This document shows, one piece after another, positions 18,763 to 27,745 of a DNA stretch of 64,000 bases (its first letter is position 1; each line of letters starts with the position of its first letter). Under the pieces are notes generated by a model, which saw only the letters and a program-made list of their open reading frames with translations, did not search any database and was not told where the DNA came from. Both the position numbers and the translations under genes were made by a program. The DNA is from Minisyncoccia bacterium (lineage in GTDB: Bacteria; Patescibacteriota; Minisyncoccia; SW-4-49-11), in assembly GCA_044341565.1 (NCBI GenBank), contig JBIIRM010000005.1:882-64881 (forward strand), in the 5' to 3' direction.

Positions 18763-18900
18763 TTCCGCGATAGCTTTTACCTCAAAACTGTCCCTTCTCG
18801 CAAAGAAGCCAGAGAATTAGAAAAAAAGTTAAAATCAGGACAAGGAAAAGAATATCTCAAATCAATTATGATTAAGAAATTCAATCTAAATTCTGACTAG
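18763..18900 (+). pseudogene. Truncated remnant of a small GIY-YIG-family nuclease gene (C-terminal ~40 codons only), fused to a duplicate of the tRNA-Asn 5' end
   Basis: The frame reads ...SRKEARELEKKLKSGQGKEYLKSIMIKKFNLNSD*. This matches the characteristic C-terminus of ~90-aa GIY-YIG proteins, but there is no N-terminal GIY/YIG block and no start codon. A 16-nt exact copy of the tRNA-Asn 5' end (taattccgcgatagct, 18760..18775 vs 18903..18918) sits at its 5' edge. Confidence 0.35.
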
Positions 18901-18905
18901 ATAAT

Positions 18906-18980
18906 TCCGCGATAGCTCAGCGGTAGAGCAGTCGGCTGTTAACCGATTGGTCGTAGGTTCGAATCCTACTCGCGGAGCCA
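18906..18980 (+). tRNA. tRNA-Asn (anticodon GTT), CCA encoded
   Basis: Cloverleaf TCCGCGA-TA-GCTC-AGCGGTA-GAGC-A-GTCGG-CTGTTAA-CCGAT-TGGTC-GTAGG-TTCGAAT-CCTAC-TCGCGGA-G-CCA. Confidence 0.85.
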
Positions 18981-19100
18981 AACAAGATAAAGCCAGGGTA
19001 ATTCCTATCTTGAGTTAATTTTTGTATATCTAAAGGGAGAGACTGCAATGTCTCTTGAGTAATAGAATCCCAATCTAGCGGTAATAGTTTCATACTATTA

Positions 19101-20405
19101 TTATATATACTTCTGAGCCTCTTCCCATTCCTCCTCAGATAAATTCCCTTTGATTCCTAGCGCTTTTATAGGTGAGGAAATAAATCTTTGCATCAATGCT
19201 ATCAATTCATTATAGGAAGTTGTCCTAATATTATTATAATAGTCATCGGGAGTATATATAATCCCCTCAGGATATTGTAATAAAGATCCATAAAACTCAT
19301 TCAAGGCATAAATACTAGAATAATATTGCTTAGAAGCACTTATTTGTGCTATTTTGAATCTTTCAATATCTTCTATTGTAATATATTGCGTAAAGTTATG
19401 TAATACGGTATTAATTATCTGTAGTGATTCAATAAGAGACTCTTTATTTATAGTATATGTTATTGCAATATTATAAGAACCTCCATAGTCATAATAATCA
19501 GTATTAACCCAATATATTAACCCCCTTTTCACTCTGAGTTCCTGTAATAAAATTGATGTCCAGAAATTTCCTAATGCTGTACGTAATAAAGCAAGTGAAG
19601 CACAATCTTTATAGTAAAAAGACCCTTGAAGTCCATAATTAAATACACCTTTTATATTGTCTTCTGAAGAATTGAGTACTATATTTGTAGAAGATACATT
19701 TTCTATTAGTGTGTTAGTAGACAAGGAATGAGAAATGCCATCTTCCTCTAAGATTATTGCCGAGATATCAGGAGAGATAATAACTAAATGAGCCTTATCT
19801 TTGGTATAATGCAATTGTGCATACTGGATATATTGCTCATACGAAATATTGTCTAAATCTCCAAATACATCTTGTGCTAAAGCTGATCCAAAGAAAAGAT
19901 TATCAAATGTACGTCGTTCTATATCAGTTTCTGAATCTTGTTTTTCTTGAGCAATGATTTTCTTTTCTTTATCAAATATCTCTTGAGATACTGATTCTTG
20001 ATCAAAATTTTTCAATAATAATTGAAGAGACGATATTAGATGAGCTGGATCTTGTATATGAGAATAATTGGTTAAATATGCTGCTGTGTAAGCACTAGCA
20101 CTAATACCATACTCTTCTAAAGTTTTTGCCTTAGTATATTCATCATCTCCTCCTGCCCAAAGATGTTCAAAAAAATGAGATAACCCTTGAGCATTAGCAT
20201 CATCAAGTGCATATCCTCGTGCAAACCAAAGAGATGCAGAAGACATAATTTGTTGCTTATCTTCTATTACTGTTGTCTTTATTCCTTGATATATCCCCTG
20301 TTTAATATTGGACATAATAATGTTGTTTAAACTATACTCAGTATATATAAAATAATGAGGGAAGGCAACTTGTACCTTCCCTGTTTGGAACATGGAGCTA
20401 AACAA
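19101..20405 (-). CDS. M16-family (pitrilysin/insulinase-like) zinc peptidase
   Basis: Inverted zinc motif HxxEH in GLSHFFEHLWAGG, with the overall M16 N-domain layout. The true start may be the internal Met (MSNIKQG, ~20315). Confidence 0.65.
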   Translation of the reverse strand: MFSSMFQTGKVQVAFPHYFIYTEYSLNNIIMSNIKQGIYQGIKTTVIEDKQQIMSSASLWFARGYALDDANAQGLSHFFEHLWAGGDDEYTKAKTLEEYGISASAYTAAYLTNYSHIQDPAHLISSLQLLLKNFDQESVSQEIFDKEKKIIAQEKQDSETDIERRTFDNLFFGSALAQDVFGDLDNISYEQYIQYAQLHYTKDKAHLVIISPDISAIILEEDGISHSLSTNTLIENVSSTNIVLNSSEDNIKGVFNYGLQGSFYYKDCASLALLRTALGNFWTSILLQELRVKRGLIYWVNTDYYDYGGSYNIAITYTINKESLIESLQIINTVLHNFTQYITIEDIERFKIAQISASKQYYSSIYALNEFYGSLLQYPEGIIYTPDDYYNNIRTTSYNELIALMQRFISSPIKALGIKGNLSEEEWEEAQKYI

Positions 20406-20418
20406 CTAATGTTGAGGC

Positions 20419-20517
20419 TTACTTGCCACCACCACCAGGTCGAGTAGGAGCGGGACCGCCGCCGCCAGTACCTTTCGTTCCACTTCCAGGGTTACCATGA
20501 CGATTGTTGTTGCCCAT
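20419..20517 (-). CDS. Glycine-rich micro-ORF 2 (32 aa: MGNNNRHGNPGSGTKGTGGGGPAPTRPGGGGK)
   Basis: ATG preceded by cggagaattacctca (GGAG about 11 nt upstream), an upstream context nearly identical to that of micro-ORF 1. GC-rich. The alternative reading is the 100-aa track ORF 20419..20721 in the same frame. Confidence 0.3.
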   Translation of the reverse strand: MGNNNRHGNPGSGTKGTGGGGPAPTRPGGGGK

Positions 20518-20569
20518 TGAGGTAATTCTCCGAAGTACTAAATGGATTAGACCTTGATACAGTGAGGGA

Positions 20570-20659
20570 TCATTTCCCCCGGGTACCCGAGCCACCACCA
20601 TGTCCACCGCCATTGCCGGTGCCGCCACCGGTTTTGGTTCCACCTGTTTGAGCTGCCAT
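20570..20659 (-). CDS. Glycine-rich micro-ORF 1 (29 aa: MAAQTGGTKTGGGTGNGGGHGGGSGTRGK)
   Basis: First ATG downstream of the predicted promoter, preceded by cggagattcatttca (GGAG). It has its own TGA stop and is in a different frame from the 100-aa track ORF. Confidence 0.3.
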   Translation of the reverse strand: MAAQTGGTKTGGGTGNGGGHGGGSGTRGK

Positions 20660-20705
20660 TGAAATGAATCTCCGAGCGAGGGTGTAATGAGACGGAAATG
20701 TCTCG

Positions 20706-20752
20706 CAATAAAATCTATCATGATTATTAATATTTGTCAATAGTTGTCAATT
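20706..20752 (-). promoter_or_regulatory. Strong sigma70-like promoter (two phased TTGACA boxes) driving the glycine-rich micro-ORFs and M16 peptidase
   Basis: The minus strand reads ATTGACAActATTGACAAatattaataatcatgaTAGATT. TTGACA has a 17-nt spacer to TAGATT; the second TTGACA has 17 nt to ATAATC. Confidence 0.45.
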
Positions 20753-20794
20753 ATATTAATTCTTCCTGAAAACCTCCTAGATTACCCACTCAAA

Positions 20795-20824
20795 GGTTCG
20801 AACATTGTCCAACTCGCGGAGCCA
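20795..20824 (+). repeat. Degenerate direct repeat of the tRNA-Asn 3' end (att-like remnant)
   Basis: ggttcgaa-cattgtcca-actcgcggagcca versus tRNA-Asn ggttcgaa-tcct-actcgcggagcca: exact matches of 8 and 13 nt, 1.8 kb downstream of the tRNA. A weaker third copy lies at 23282..23310 (tctaactcccgaagcc). Confidence 0.55.
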
Positions 20825-20895
20825 ACTCCCCTTAAACAGCTTAATCGTAATATTCTCAATTAATGCTATACTATATGTATATTTAACTCTATTAT

Positions 20896-22443
20896 ATGAA
20901 AGTTAGTAGAAAAATCTTTTTCATAGCCCCAGGGATTATATTGTTATGTGTAGTGATATTAAGTGGGTATATAATAATGAATAGTAATACTCAATCAGCT
21001 ACCTCTCCTAATACACCACCCTACTTAACGGAAGTAAGGGATTATACATTACATAATACTATTTCATTTATAAAACCAATTGATTATACAAAATACCAGG
21101 ATAATCAGGAAGATCTAGATATTGCTATGCAAAAAACCTATCTCGAGGGAGGAATAACTTTTGATGAATTTTTAGAACTGAATAGTATGGTAAATTTAAT
21201 AGATAATAATCTTAAAGATATAGAAGCAAATCTATATTACAACTCAGAAACTGTGCTATCTGGAGTTATTTTGAGCTCTAATAAAGAAGATTTTTATACA
21301 AATGCACGCCAAAAACTACAAGAGTTGAATATTAATTCCCCAGATCTCACCTCTCTCAAAATCACTGAGATATATTTTCGGACCACCTCTCAAGATTCTA
21401 GAGCTTTAGAGTTAGCTTATTTATTCAATATCAACACTGATGTTGAATTTAATAAAAATCTTAAAATAAAACTAGATAATGCTATTAACTCTAATAATTA
21501 CTCCGATTTAGAAAATACAGGATTAAATATATCTAGCCCTTATAATACCGATAATTATGGACTCAAAAGATTAAAAAGGGAGAATGAAGAAAAGACTAAG
21601 AGATTAGCACAAATTGAGTCCTGTATACTTGATTTATATATTCAAGAAGCCAATTTAAAGATTAGATTAAATCAACCTACATGGAGCACCAAAAAAGACC
21701 AATATACAGAAACTATATCTAATCTAAGTAATAAAATTGGATCAATAAACTCACAAGGAGAAAGGACTATAATAGGATGTGAACAATATCATTTCCACAA
21801 TATCCAAATCAGATTCACAAAACCACTCTCTATTAGTGATATTCAAGAGATTGAGAATACCTTACCATTAATTTATCCCAAAAAATATATAGCGGAATTA
21901 GATCCAGACTATAGGACTAACACTACTAGTGCAGAAATAGACATATTAAATGCTCAATTTGATGACTATGGACCTGAAGACTATACTTATCGTGATATAG
22001 ATTTAATAACCACCACATCTACTGAAACTTCACAGTTATTTGCTTTATTTAATCCTGGGAAAAATTGGGAAGATATGAAAAATAATTATTATCAAAATCG
22101 TACATACTTAAATATCCCTAAAGATAGTGTCGAGAAATATAGAAATGACCAGGATACAATCTATTACTTTACTAACAACCCTCAGTATACTAATTTAAGT
22201 ACTCAGTATATTGATGGTGTTACTCTCTTTACCACAACCCTAGACGATCCATATCTATGCTTACAACAATTATTAACATCAGATAACCACTCATCTTGTA
22301 GTGTATTCTCTTTAAATCAAAGCCAGAAAAAGCTCTTACAATCCTACATAAAATTGATTGAAATTACCCCTGTAACACCACATACCCACACAGACTTATA
22401 TAAATTTGAGGTAAGCCCAACTTCTTCTTTTTGGGTAAAGTAA
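20896..22443 (+). CDS. Hypothetical secreted/membrane-anchored protein (515 aa)
   Basis: N-terminal TM/signal anchor, then an Asn/Thr/Tyr-rich body with no recognizable domain. Confidence 0.5.
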   Translation: MKVSRKIFFIAPGIILLCVVILSGYIIMNSNTQSATSPNTPPYLTEVRDYTLHNTISFIKPIDYTKYQDNQEDLDIAMQKTYLEGGITFDEFLELNSMVNLIDNNLKDIEANLYYNSETVLSGVILSSNKEDFYTNARQKLQELNINSPDLTSLKITEIYFRTTSQDSRALELAYLFNINTDVEFNKNLKIKLDNAINSNNYSDLENTGLNISSPYNTDNYGLKRLKRENEEKTKRLAQIESCILDLYIQEANLKIRLNQPTWSTKKDQYTETISNLSNKIGSINSQGERTIIGCEQYHFHNIQIRFTKPLSISDIQEIENTLPLIYPKKYIAELDPDYRTNTTSAEIDILNAQFDDYGPEDYTYRDIDLITTTSTETSQLFALFNPGKNWEDMKNNYYQNRTYLNIPKDSVEKYRNDQDTIYYFTNNPQYTNLSTQYIDGVTLFTTTLDDPYLCLQQLLTSDNHSSCSVFSLNQSQKKLLQSYIKLIEITPVTPHTHTDLYKFEVSPTSSFWVK

Positions 22444-22455
22444 TCTCAAGACTAG

Positions 22456-22698
22456 CTACCTCATCAAAAGCCAAATGTCTATTGAGGTAATAATTATTGC
22501 AGTAATTATGGCAAGTGCGACTATACTAGATCCAATATCTTTAATTCTTTTGATATGAATATTCCACTTAGGTTCCATAAAATCACAAATTAACTCTATG
22601 GTAGTATTAATCAATTCTAAAATAATAATTGAAATACCAAATAATATCGTTTGCTTTATTAATTCCCAACTTTCCAAAAAAACTTCTAGTCCAACCAA
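22456..22698 (-). CDS. Small membrane protein (hypothetical)
   Basis: 80 aa with two hydrophobic helices. Confidence 0.35.
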   Translation of the reverse strand: MVGLEVFLESWELIKQTILFGISIIILELINTTIELICDFMEPKWNIHIKRIKDIGSSIVALAIITAIIITSIDIWLLMR

Positions 22699-22786
22699 TA
22701 CCAGAGTAGTAATAATTGTTTGTATGATTAGGTTATTATCTCTAGAGAAAGCATATGATAAGCCTTCAACTCATAATTGATATTTT

Positions 22787-23110
22787 TTAAGCAGTTTCAT
22801 AGGGTAGATTATCTTTTACCCAATGCATCATCCCGACAGCACTATTGATTACATAAAAACCTTGTTTCTCCATAAGTAAAGAAGCTATTTGAGAGCGTCC
22901 ACCACTTTTACAGTAGATAATATAGGTTTTCGATGGATCTAATCTTTTTATTTCCTGAACAATATCAGACCTACTAATATCAAAATTTACCGCTCCCGCT
23001 ATATGCCCTTGATTAAACTCCTCTGAAGTCCGAACATCAAGTAATATTTCATTCTCTTGTAAATTGTGAGATTTAAATTGTAACTCTTGGGTTGTAGATA
23101 TTATATTCAT
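22787..23110 (-). CDS. Rhodanese-domain sulfurtransferase (single domain)
   Basis: LLDVRTSEEFNQGHIAGAVNFD...YIIYCKSGGRSQ, with the active-site Cys loop CKSGGR. Confidence 0.85.
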   Translation of the reverse strand: MNIISTTQELQFKSHNLQENEILLDVRTSEEFNQGHIAGAVNFDISRSDIVQEIKRLDPSKTYIIYCKSGGRSQIASLLMEKQGFYVINSAVGMMHWVKDNLPYETA

Positions 23111-23362
23111 GCTATTATAGTAAGCTAGACATATACTTTACTACATATATCTATCCATTTCAATTTGTAATCACTTCTCTCTTTTCAAATTTATATACTT
23201 GTTAGCCATATAATACTTTAGTAGAGAACGTGTATTCTACTATACTAAAGTAAAAGTGGATTAAGCACTGCTGTCTACCACTCAAACATCGTCTAACTCC
23301 CGAAGCCTAGATGATGTGTGCAACGTATTAATACAAATCTAATTACCAAATTATTGTATTTA

Positions 23363-24091
23363 TCATCTATTTATCCAGGCGAAAATTCTGTTCAATTCCG
23401 ATATAATATCTTTATCTAATATTTTTCCATGAGCCATTATAATTCTTTTTGGATTTAAAACTTTAACCCGATCAATTGATTTTTTTAATAATTGATGATT
23501 ACCCCCAAATAATGCTCTTTGGTCTTTAGTTGTACCTCCATTTGGATGCAAAGCCCCACCTATATATGCTAAAGCTCGGAAAAATGGATTTATTTTCTTT
23601 GCTTCAAAATTCTCTATAATATCAGTTACAATCCAGGATTGACTAGGAAAATGAAAAAAAGTATACTCAGTCATAAATCGATTACCATACATAGGCAGAA
23701 TTTCTAAATCTGGAAAATAATCCTGCTTTAAATCCTTTAATTCCTTATTCCACCTTATATCTTGACCAGCTTTTTTACTCCGTCTTCGTACTCCATCACT
23801 GGCAAAAGTAACTGCTTCTGGATATGCTTTTTGGAAATCATATATATACCAATAGTGAATTTTATTTGGAGATATTAAATACTTTACATTTCCTAACTCA
23901 TCTAATTCTTGCTTCAAAGCACTCGTTAAACTAATTGGAGAGTGGATGAAAAGGTCATTATTAGAAAATCTTATTACTACCATTCTCGTAGTAAATGGCA
24001 TTCCATAAAAATATATTATAGGACCATCTACAATCCATAGATTTTCACTAATTAATTTTAACGTATGTATTGGTTGATACAAATTATCCAT
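23363..24091 (-). CDS. DUF4336-like protein (hypothetical)
   Basis: Pattern LWIVDGP...TTRMVVIRF.NNDLFIHSPI.LT..L..EL..LG.VKYLISPNK.HY resembles the DUF4336 family. Confidence 0.45.
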   Translation of the reverse strand: MDNLYQPIHTLKLISENLWIVDGPIIYFYGMPFTTRMVVIRFSNNDLFIHSPISLTSALKQELDELGNVKYLISPNKIHYWYIYDFQKAYPEAVTFASDGVRRRSKKAGQDIRWNKELKDLKQDYFPDLEILPMYGNRFMTEYTFFHFPSQSWIVTDIIENFEAKKINPFFRALAYIGGALHPNGGTTKDQRALFGGNHQLLKKSIDRVKVLNPKRIIMAHGKILDKDIISELNRIFAWINR

Positions 24092-24330
24092 ATTATTTTT
24101 ATGATTCTATTGTAATTATACACATTTATATATATTTTATCTACTTATAAAATTTATCTCCTCTCAAAACTATAGTGAGCCCCCTTTAGGGTAATTAGTA
24201 CTCTCTACCTCTCATTTTTATTATTGATTTTGAGAGAGTATGATGAGAAAAACGTAAGAATAAAGAATCCCCCCACTTAGGTGAGAGGATTGTTGGAATT
24301 AGAGTTTACTTATCTTTCGTAGAGATTAAC

Positions 24331-25302
24331 TCAGTGATTTGCCTTTGCTAATAAAGCCTGTTTACTAGGAATCCGTAGCTGATAAGCCCAACCAAGACGC
24401 TCCAGAAATCGTATGAAGTAGTAGGTAGGGTCTGGTAATGTCACTACCTTGTTACCCTGTAGGGTAAAGCCTTGTCTTGCTGAGTATTCGAAGCTATGGT
24501 GTAGATTATGCCAACCTTCGCCAAGAGTGATAATAGCCACCCAAGGGTTGTTACGACTACCATCGCGGGTAATGAATGGCTGATCACCTACTAAGTGGGC
24601 CACAGAGTTTACCGTAGCAACACCGTGGAACAAAAGAGTAGTACTCAGACAAAATGCACCCAACCATTCTATACCACCGATATGCCAGGAGATCCAAGCT
24701 AATGCCAAAGCTGGCACTATATGTAGTCTATCGATCAAACGTAATACAGGATCAGACTCTATATCAGCTGGTAGGGTACTAGGATGAAATCCAGGTGAAA
24801 GTATCCAACCTATCTGAGAATGCCAAAAACCATGCAGTCGATTTCTATACATCAGAGGGCTATGAGGATCATCCAAGGTATCAACATGACGATGATGAGC
24901 CTTGTGATGAGCCTTCCACCAACTTGGTCCCATCTGGCCTGCTGAGGCTGTTATTATGGATCCGATCCACCATACTAGTCTAGGAGCCTTATAGCTATTG
25001 TGAGTAATCAAGCGATGGTAAATGGCAGTAATTCCAAGCATCCGTACTAGGTATAATACTGTAGCCCAGAGGATGGCGTATAATCCAAGTCTCTCCCGAA
25101 ACAGCAGTAGACAGCCTATATGCGCAACCAGTATGAATACCGGTCCCATACCATGCAAAAACCGAAGGAGATGGGATTGGGAAATAGAATGGGAAGATAC
25201 TGCTGTGGAACTGATAGATTTTGAATTAAACATCAGCATATTCCAGTCTAAACTGGACCATAAGGACATAAACACCTTAGCATACTTATTATGTTTAATC
25301 AA
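24331..25302 (-). CDS. desC: Acyl-CoA/acyl-lipid delta-9 fatty acid desaturase (membrane di-iron, three His boxes)
   Basis: His boxes HRLITH, HKAHHRHVDTLDDPHSP and GEGWHNLHHSF match the stearoyl-CoA/DesC delta-9 desaturase family. The body is ~45% GC against a ~30% background. The AT-rich first ~50 codons suggest the true start may be an internal Met (~25149). Confidence 0.75.
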   Translation of the reverse strand: MIKHNKYAKVFMSLWSSLDWNMLMFNSKSISSTAVSSHSISQSHLLRFLHGMGPVFILVAHIGCLLLFRERLGLYAILWATVLYLVRMLGITAIYHRLITHNSYKAPRLVWWIGSIITASAGQMGPSWWKAHHKAHHRHVDTLDDPHSPLMYRNRLHGFWHSQIGWILSPGFHPSTLPADIESDPVLRLIDRLHIVPALALAWISWHIGGIEWLGAFCLSTTLLFHGVATVNSVAHLVGDQPFITRDGSRNNPWVAIITLGEGWHNLHHSFEYSARQGFTLQGNKVVTLPDPTYYFIRFLERLGWAYQLRIPSKQALLAKANH

Positions 25303-25349
25303 TATACAGAAATATATCTATTCTAGGATATGATACTTCTATCCTTCAA

Positions 25350-25382
25350 AGAAAAATCCCTCCAGCTGAACCAGAGGGATTG
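25350..25382 (-). terminator. Rho-independent terminator downstream of the ADO gene (minus strand)
   Basis: Plus strand aatccctc-cagctgaacca-gagggatt preceded by gaaaaa, i.e. stem plus T-run on the minus strand. Confidence 0.6.
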
Positions 25383-25401
25383 AATTAGATTGAATTGTAG
25401 A

Positions 25402-26103
25402 TCAGATTAGGGCTGCGGTAGCGAGCTTGGCGATTTCACGGGTGGAGAATCCGATTTTCGTCAAAGCTTCTTGATATGAGATGAGGAAATCCTCAATGAG
25501 GTCTTCCCTGTCCATTTGGAGGACGGCCGCGTCACCGGCTACCTGATCAAGCATAATGCGTACCAATGGGAGATTGTCCCGATTGGCCTGCTCCAACTCC
25601 TTACGAATAGCTTCGAAATTAGACCTAAGCCATTCTTGACCATAATTGAGATGAGCGTATTCATCCTTGACTACTCCCTCGGTGATTTTCCGTGCAAACG
25701 GATCAGCAACTGGGATATAGATGTGATAAGCTGCAATTGCAAAGGCCTCGATGAGAATCGCTTGAATCAGCAAACAGGTGACTACCTTCCTCTCTGTAAA
25801 AGCTTTTTGAAAATTACCATGTAGGGGCAAGAAAAACTCTTTAGCAAAAGGTATATCTGCTTGCACTCCCAAGTTGCGGGCACAGGCAGTGAAACCCTTC
25901 ATATGCCTCAGCTCCATACCCGCAAGGCGGGTAAGCTCTTCAGCCTGATCGGGTAGCAAGCTACCAAGGGAAATGTAATTGTCATAAGCTTCTTGCTCAC
26001 CTTCAATCACAATTGCATTGATGCGACTATAAGCATCTTTGTAATCCCTGGTGGTGAAATCTGGTAGACCTTCCACAAGTGGTTTAGAAGACGTAATTGA
26101 CAT
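25402..26103 (-). CDS. ado: Aldehyde-deformylating oxygenase (cyanobacterial-type fatty aldehyde decarbonylase, ferritin-like di-iron)
   Basis: Very close match throughout to cyanobacterial ADO: [128 protein letters not shown] is clearly elevated relative to flanking genes. Confidence 0.9.
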   Translation of the reverse strand: MSITSSKPLVEGLPDFTTRDYKDAYSRINAIVIEGEQEAYDNYISLGSLLPDQAEELTRLAGMELRHMKGFTACARNLGVQADIPFAKEFFLPLHGNFQKAFTERKVVTCLLIQAILIEAFAIAAYHIYIPVADPFARKITEGVVKDEYAHLNYGQEWLRSNFEAIRKELEQANRDNLPLVRIMLDQVAGDAAVLQMDREDLIEDFLISYQEALTKIGFSTREIAKLATAALI

Positions 26104-26317
26104 GGTAGATACTGGATAAAATCCAATGGGGCAATCTCATTATACACTTTTTATACCTTTTGTATATAGGTGCATACATCCTATTATCTTAATAATATAC
26201 TATCAATTTCATACTCTCATATATATTAAAATTAGCTTTATAAGCTTTTAAAACCCATATTAAGTATATATAAGTTAAAGGTAAAGTGAGGTCAAGGTGA
26301 AGACTATTTCTGTACCC

Positions 26318-26342
26318 CCTTGTGCAAATAATGTGCACAAGG
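26318..26342. promoter_or_regulatory. 9-bp inverted repeat (ccttgtgca-aataatg-tgcacaagg) in the divergent ado/fasciclin intergenic region; candidate operator
   Basis: Exact 9-bp arms, 39 nt upstream of the fasciclin ATG. Confidence 0.3.
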
Positions 26343-26380
26343 TATACTTAAAAGGTATTAATAACTAATATCGTACCGAT

Positions 26381-27022
26381 ATGAAGACAAAGTCATTGAA
26401 ACACAGTATTGCCCTGTCCCTATTAGCTTTTGCTCTTGTATTAAGTCCTCTTTATGCAAGCGCTGCTACTGATACTATCACTGGTTTGTTAAACAAAACA
26501 AGTGATTTATCTACTCTTAAAACTCTTGTAGGGTTGGCAGAATTAGATGGAGCATTAGATAGCACTTCTTCCCAGTACACTGTATTCGCACCTAAGGACT
26601 CTGCTTTCGCAGCACTTCCTAAAGAAGTTACTGATGCATTAGTAAAGCCAGCTAATAAAACTGTTCTCGCTGGAATTCTAAAATATCATGTAATTCCTAG
26701 CAAAATTCTTTCTACTGATTTAGCTGCAACTCAAACTGTAACTACCTTAAATGGAGATACTTTAGTTGTAAAAAAAGCTGATGGTAAAGTTACTATCACT
26801 GACAAAGTAGGTACTATTTCTACTGTAACTACTGCTGATGTAGAAGCTACAAATGGAGTTGTTCATATTGTAGACAAAGTTCTTCTTGACAAAGCATATG
26901 ACTTTTCTACCCCAACAAAATTACAAAGCACAGGTATTAACTTAGTTATTCCTGCAATTGTAAGTGGTATATTAATTCTAGGTGCAATCTTTATCTATAC
27001 GAGAAAATCTTCAAAGATCTAA
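26381..27022 (+). CDS. Fasciclin (FAS1) domain surface protein with signal peptide and C-terminal TM anchor
   Basis: FAS1 blocks TVFAPKDSAFAALP, LKYHVIP and VVHIVDKVLL; N-terminal signal and a C-terminal hydrophobic segment. Confidence 0.8.
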   Translation: MKTKSLKHSIALSLLAFALVLSPLYASAATDTITGLLNKTSDLSTLKTLVGLAELDGALDSTSSQYTVFAPKDSAFAALPKEVTDALVKPANKTVLAGILKYHVIPSKILSTDLAATQTVTTLNGDTLVVKKADGKVTITDKVGTISTVTTADVEATNGVVHIVDKVLLDKAYDFSTPTKLQSTGINLVIPAIVSGILILGAIFIYTRKSSKI

Positions 27023-27103
27023 TAGTATATTGTCCTGATTAAAAAGAGGTGTTAGTATTACTATAGCCTCTTTTTAATTTTTCTATCAAGCTTAATCCTA
27101 TTT

Positions 27104-27745
27104 ATGAATAGACATTTTTTGAAAATTTTAAATACATTTTTATTAATACTTATTATTATAAGTGCTGTATATATTATAGGAGCACCATTTTTTCCTCAAT
27201 TAATAAAAGCTGAGAAGACTGAAAATCCTTCTGAGGAAGCTCAAAGCTCAATAGAGATAGTTAATTCACCTACTAATACAGCCCCTATAGCATTACAATC
27301 TCCTGAAGCTAAGCCAAAAGAAAGACCTCCTGCTGATAAGAATAATGCTGATAAAAACTTTAATATCGCTATATCATCTCTTAAATTAAATTCTAAACTT
27401 TTTACGAGTAATACTAATAAGGATTTAGGAAAAGGTATTTGGCATAGAAGTAGTACTGGTAATCCTCTTTCTGGAGGAAATATGGTTATATCTGCTCATA
27501 GATTTCTGTATACTGGGAATAATAACACTTTTTATCGTCTTCCAGACATCAAATTAGATGATACTATAGTGATAACATGGGAAGGGAAACAATATGATTA
27601 TAAGGTAACAAAATTATTTGAAGTTACTCCAGATGCAGTTGAAATTGAAGCTCCCACAGAAGAGCATATATTAACTCTCTATACTTGTATTCCTCTTTGG
27701 ACTAGTGCTAAACGATTTGTGGTACAAGCAGCCCCCCTATTCTAA
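27104..27745 (+). CDS. Sortase family transpeptidase
   Basis: N-terminal TM anchor, with conserved His (ISAHRF), TLYTC catalytic Cys motif and a downstream Arg. Confidence 0.7.
   Translation: MNRHFLKILNTFLLILIIISAVYIIGAPFFPQLIKAEKTENPSEEAQSSIEIVNSPTNTAPIALQSPEAKPKERPPADKNNADKNFNIAISSLKLNSKLFTSNTNKDLGKGIWHRSSTGNPLSGGNMVISAHRFLYTGNNNTFYRLPDIKLDDTIVITWEGKQYDYKVTKLFEVTPDAVEIEAPTEEHILTLYTCIPLWTSAKRFVVQAAPLF

Noticed and set aside
20419-20721. 100-aa glycine-rich ORF as a single gene
   Set aside because: Not rejected outright, but disfavoured. Its ATG lies upstream of the predicted -10/TSS of the only evident promoter. Two shorter ORFs, each with a repeated SD-containing context, explain the region better. 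GC-rich DNA readily produces long chance ORFs.
23222-23262. Imperfect palindrome tactttagtagag...ctactatactaaagta as a terminator
   Set aside because: The stem is AT-rich with an internal bulge and there is no flanking T-run on the relevant strand. More likely a protein-binding site or chance.
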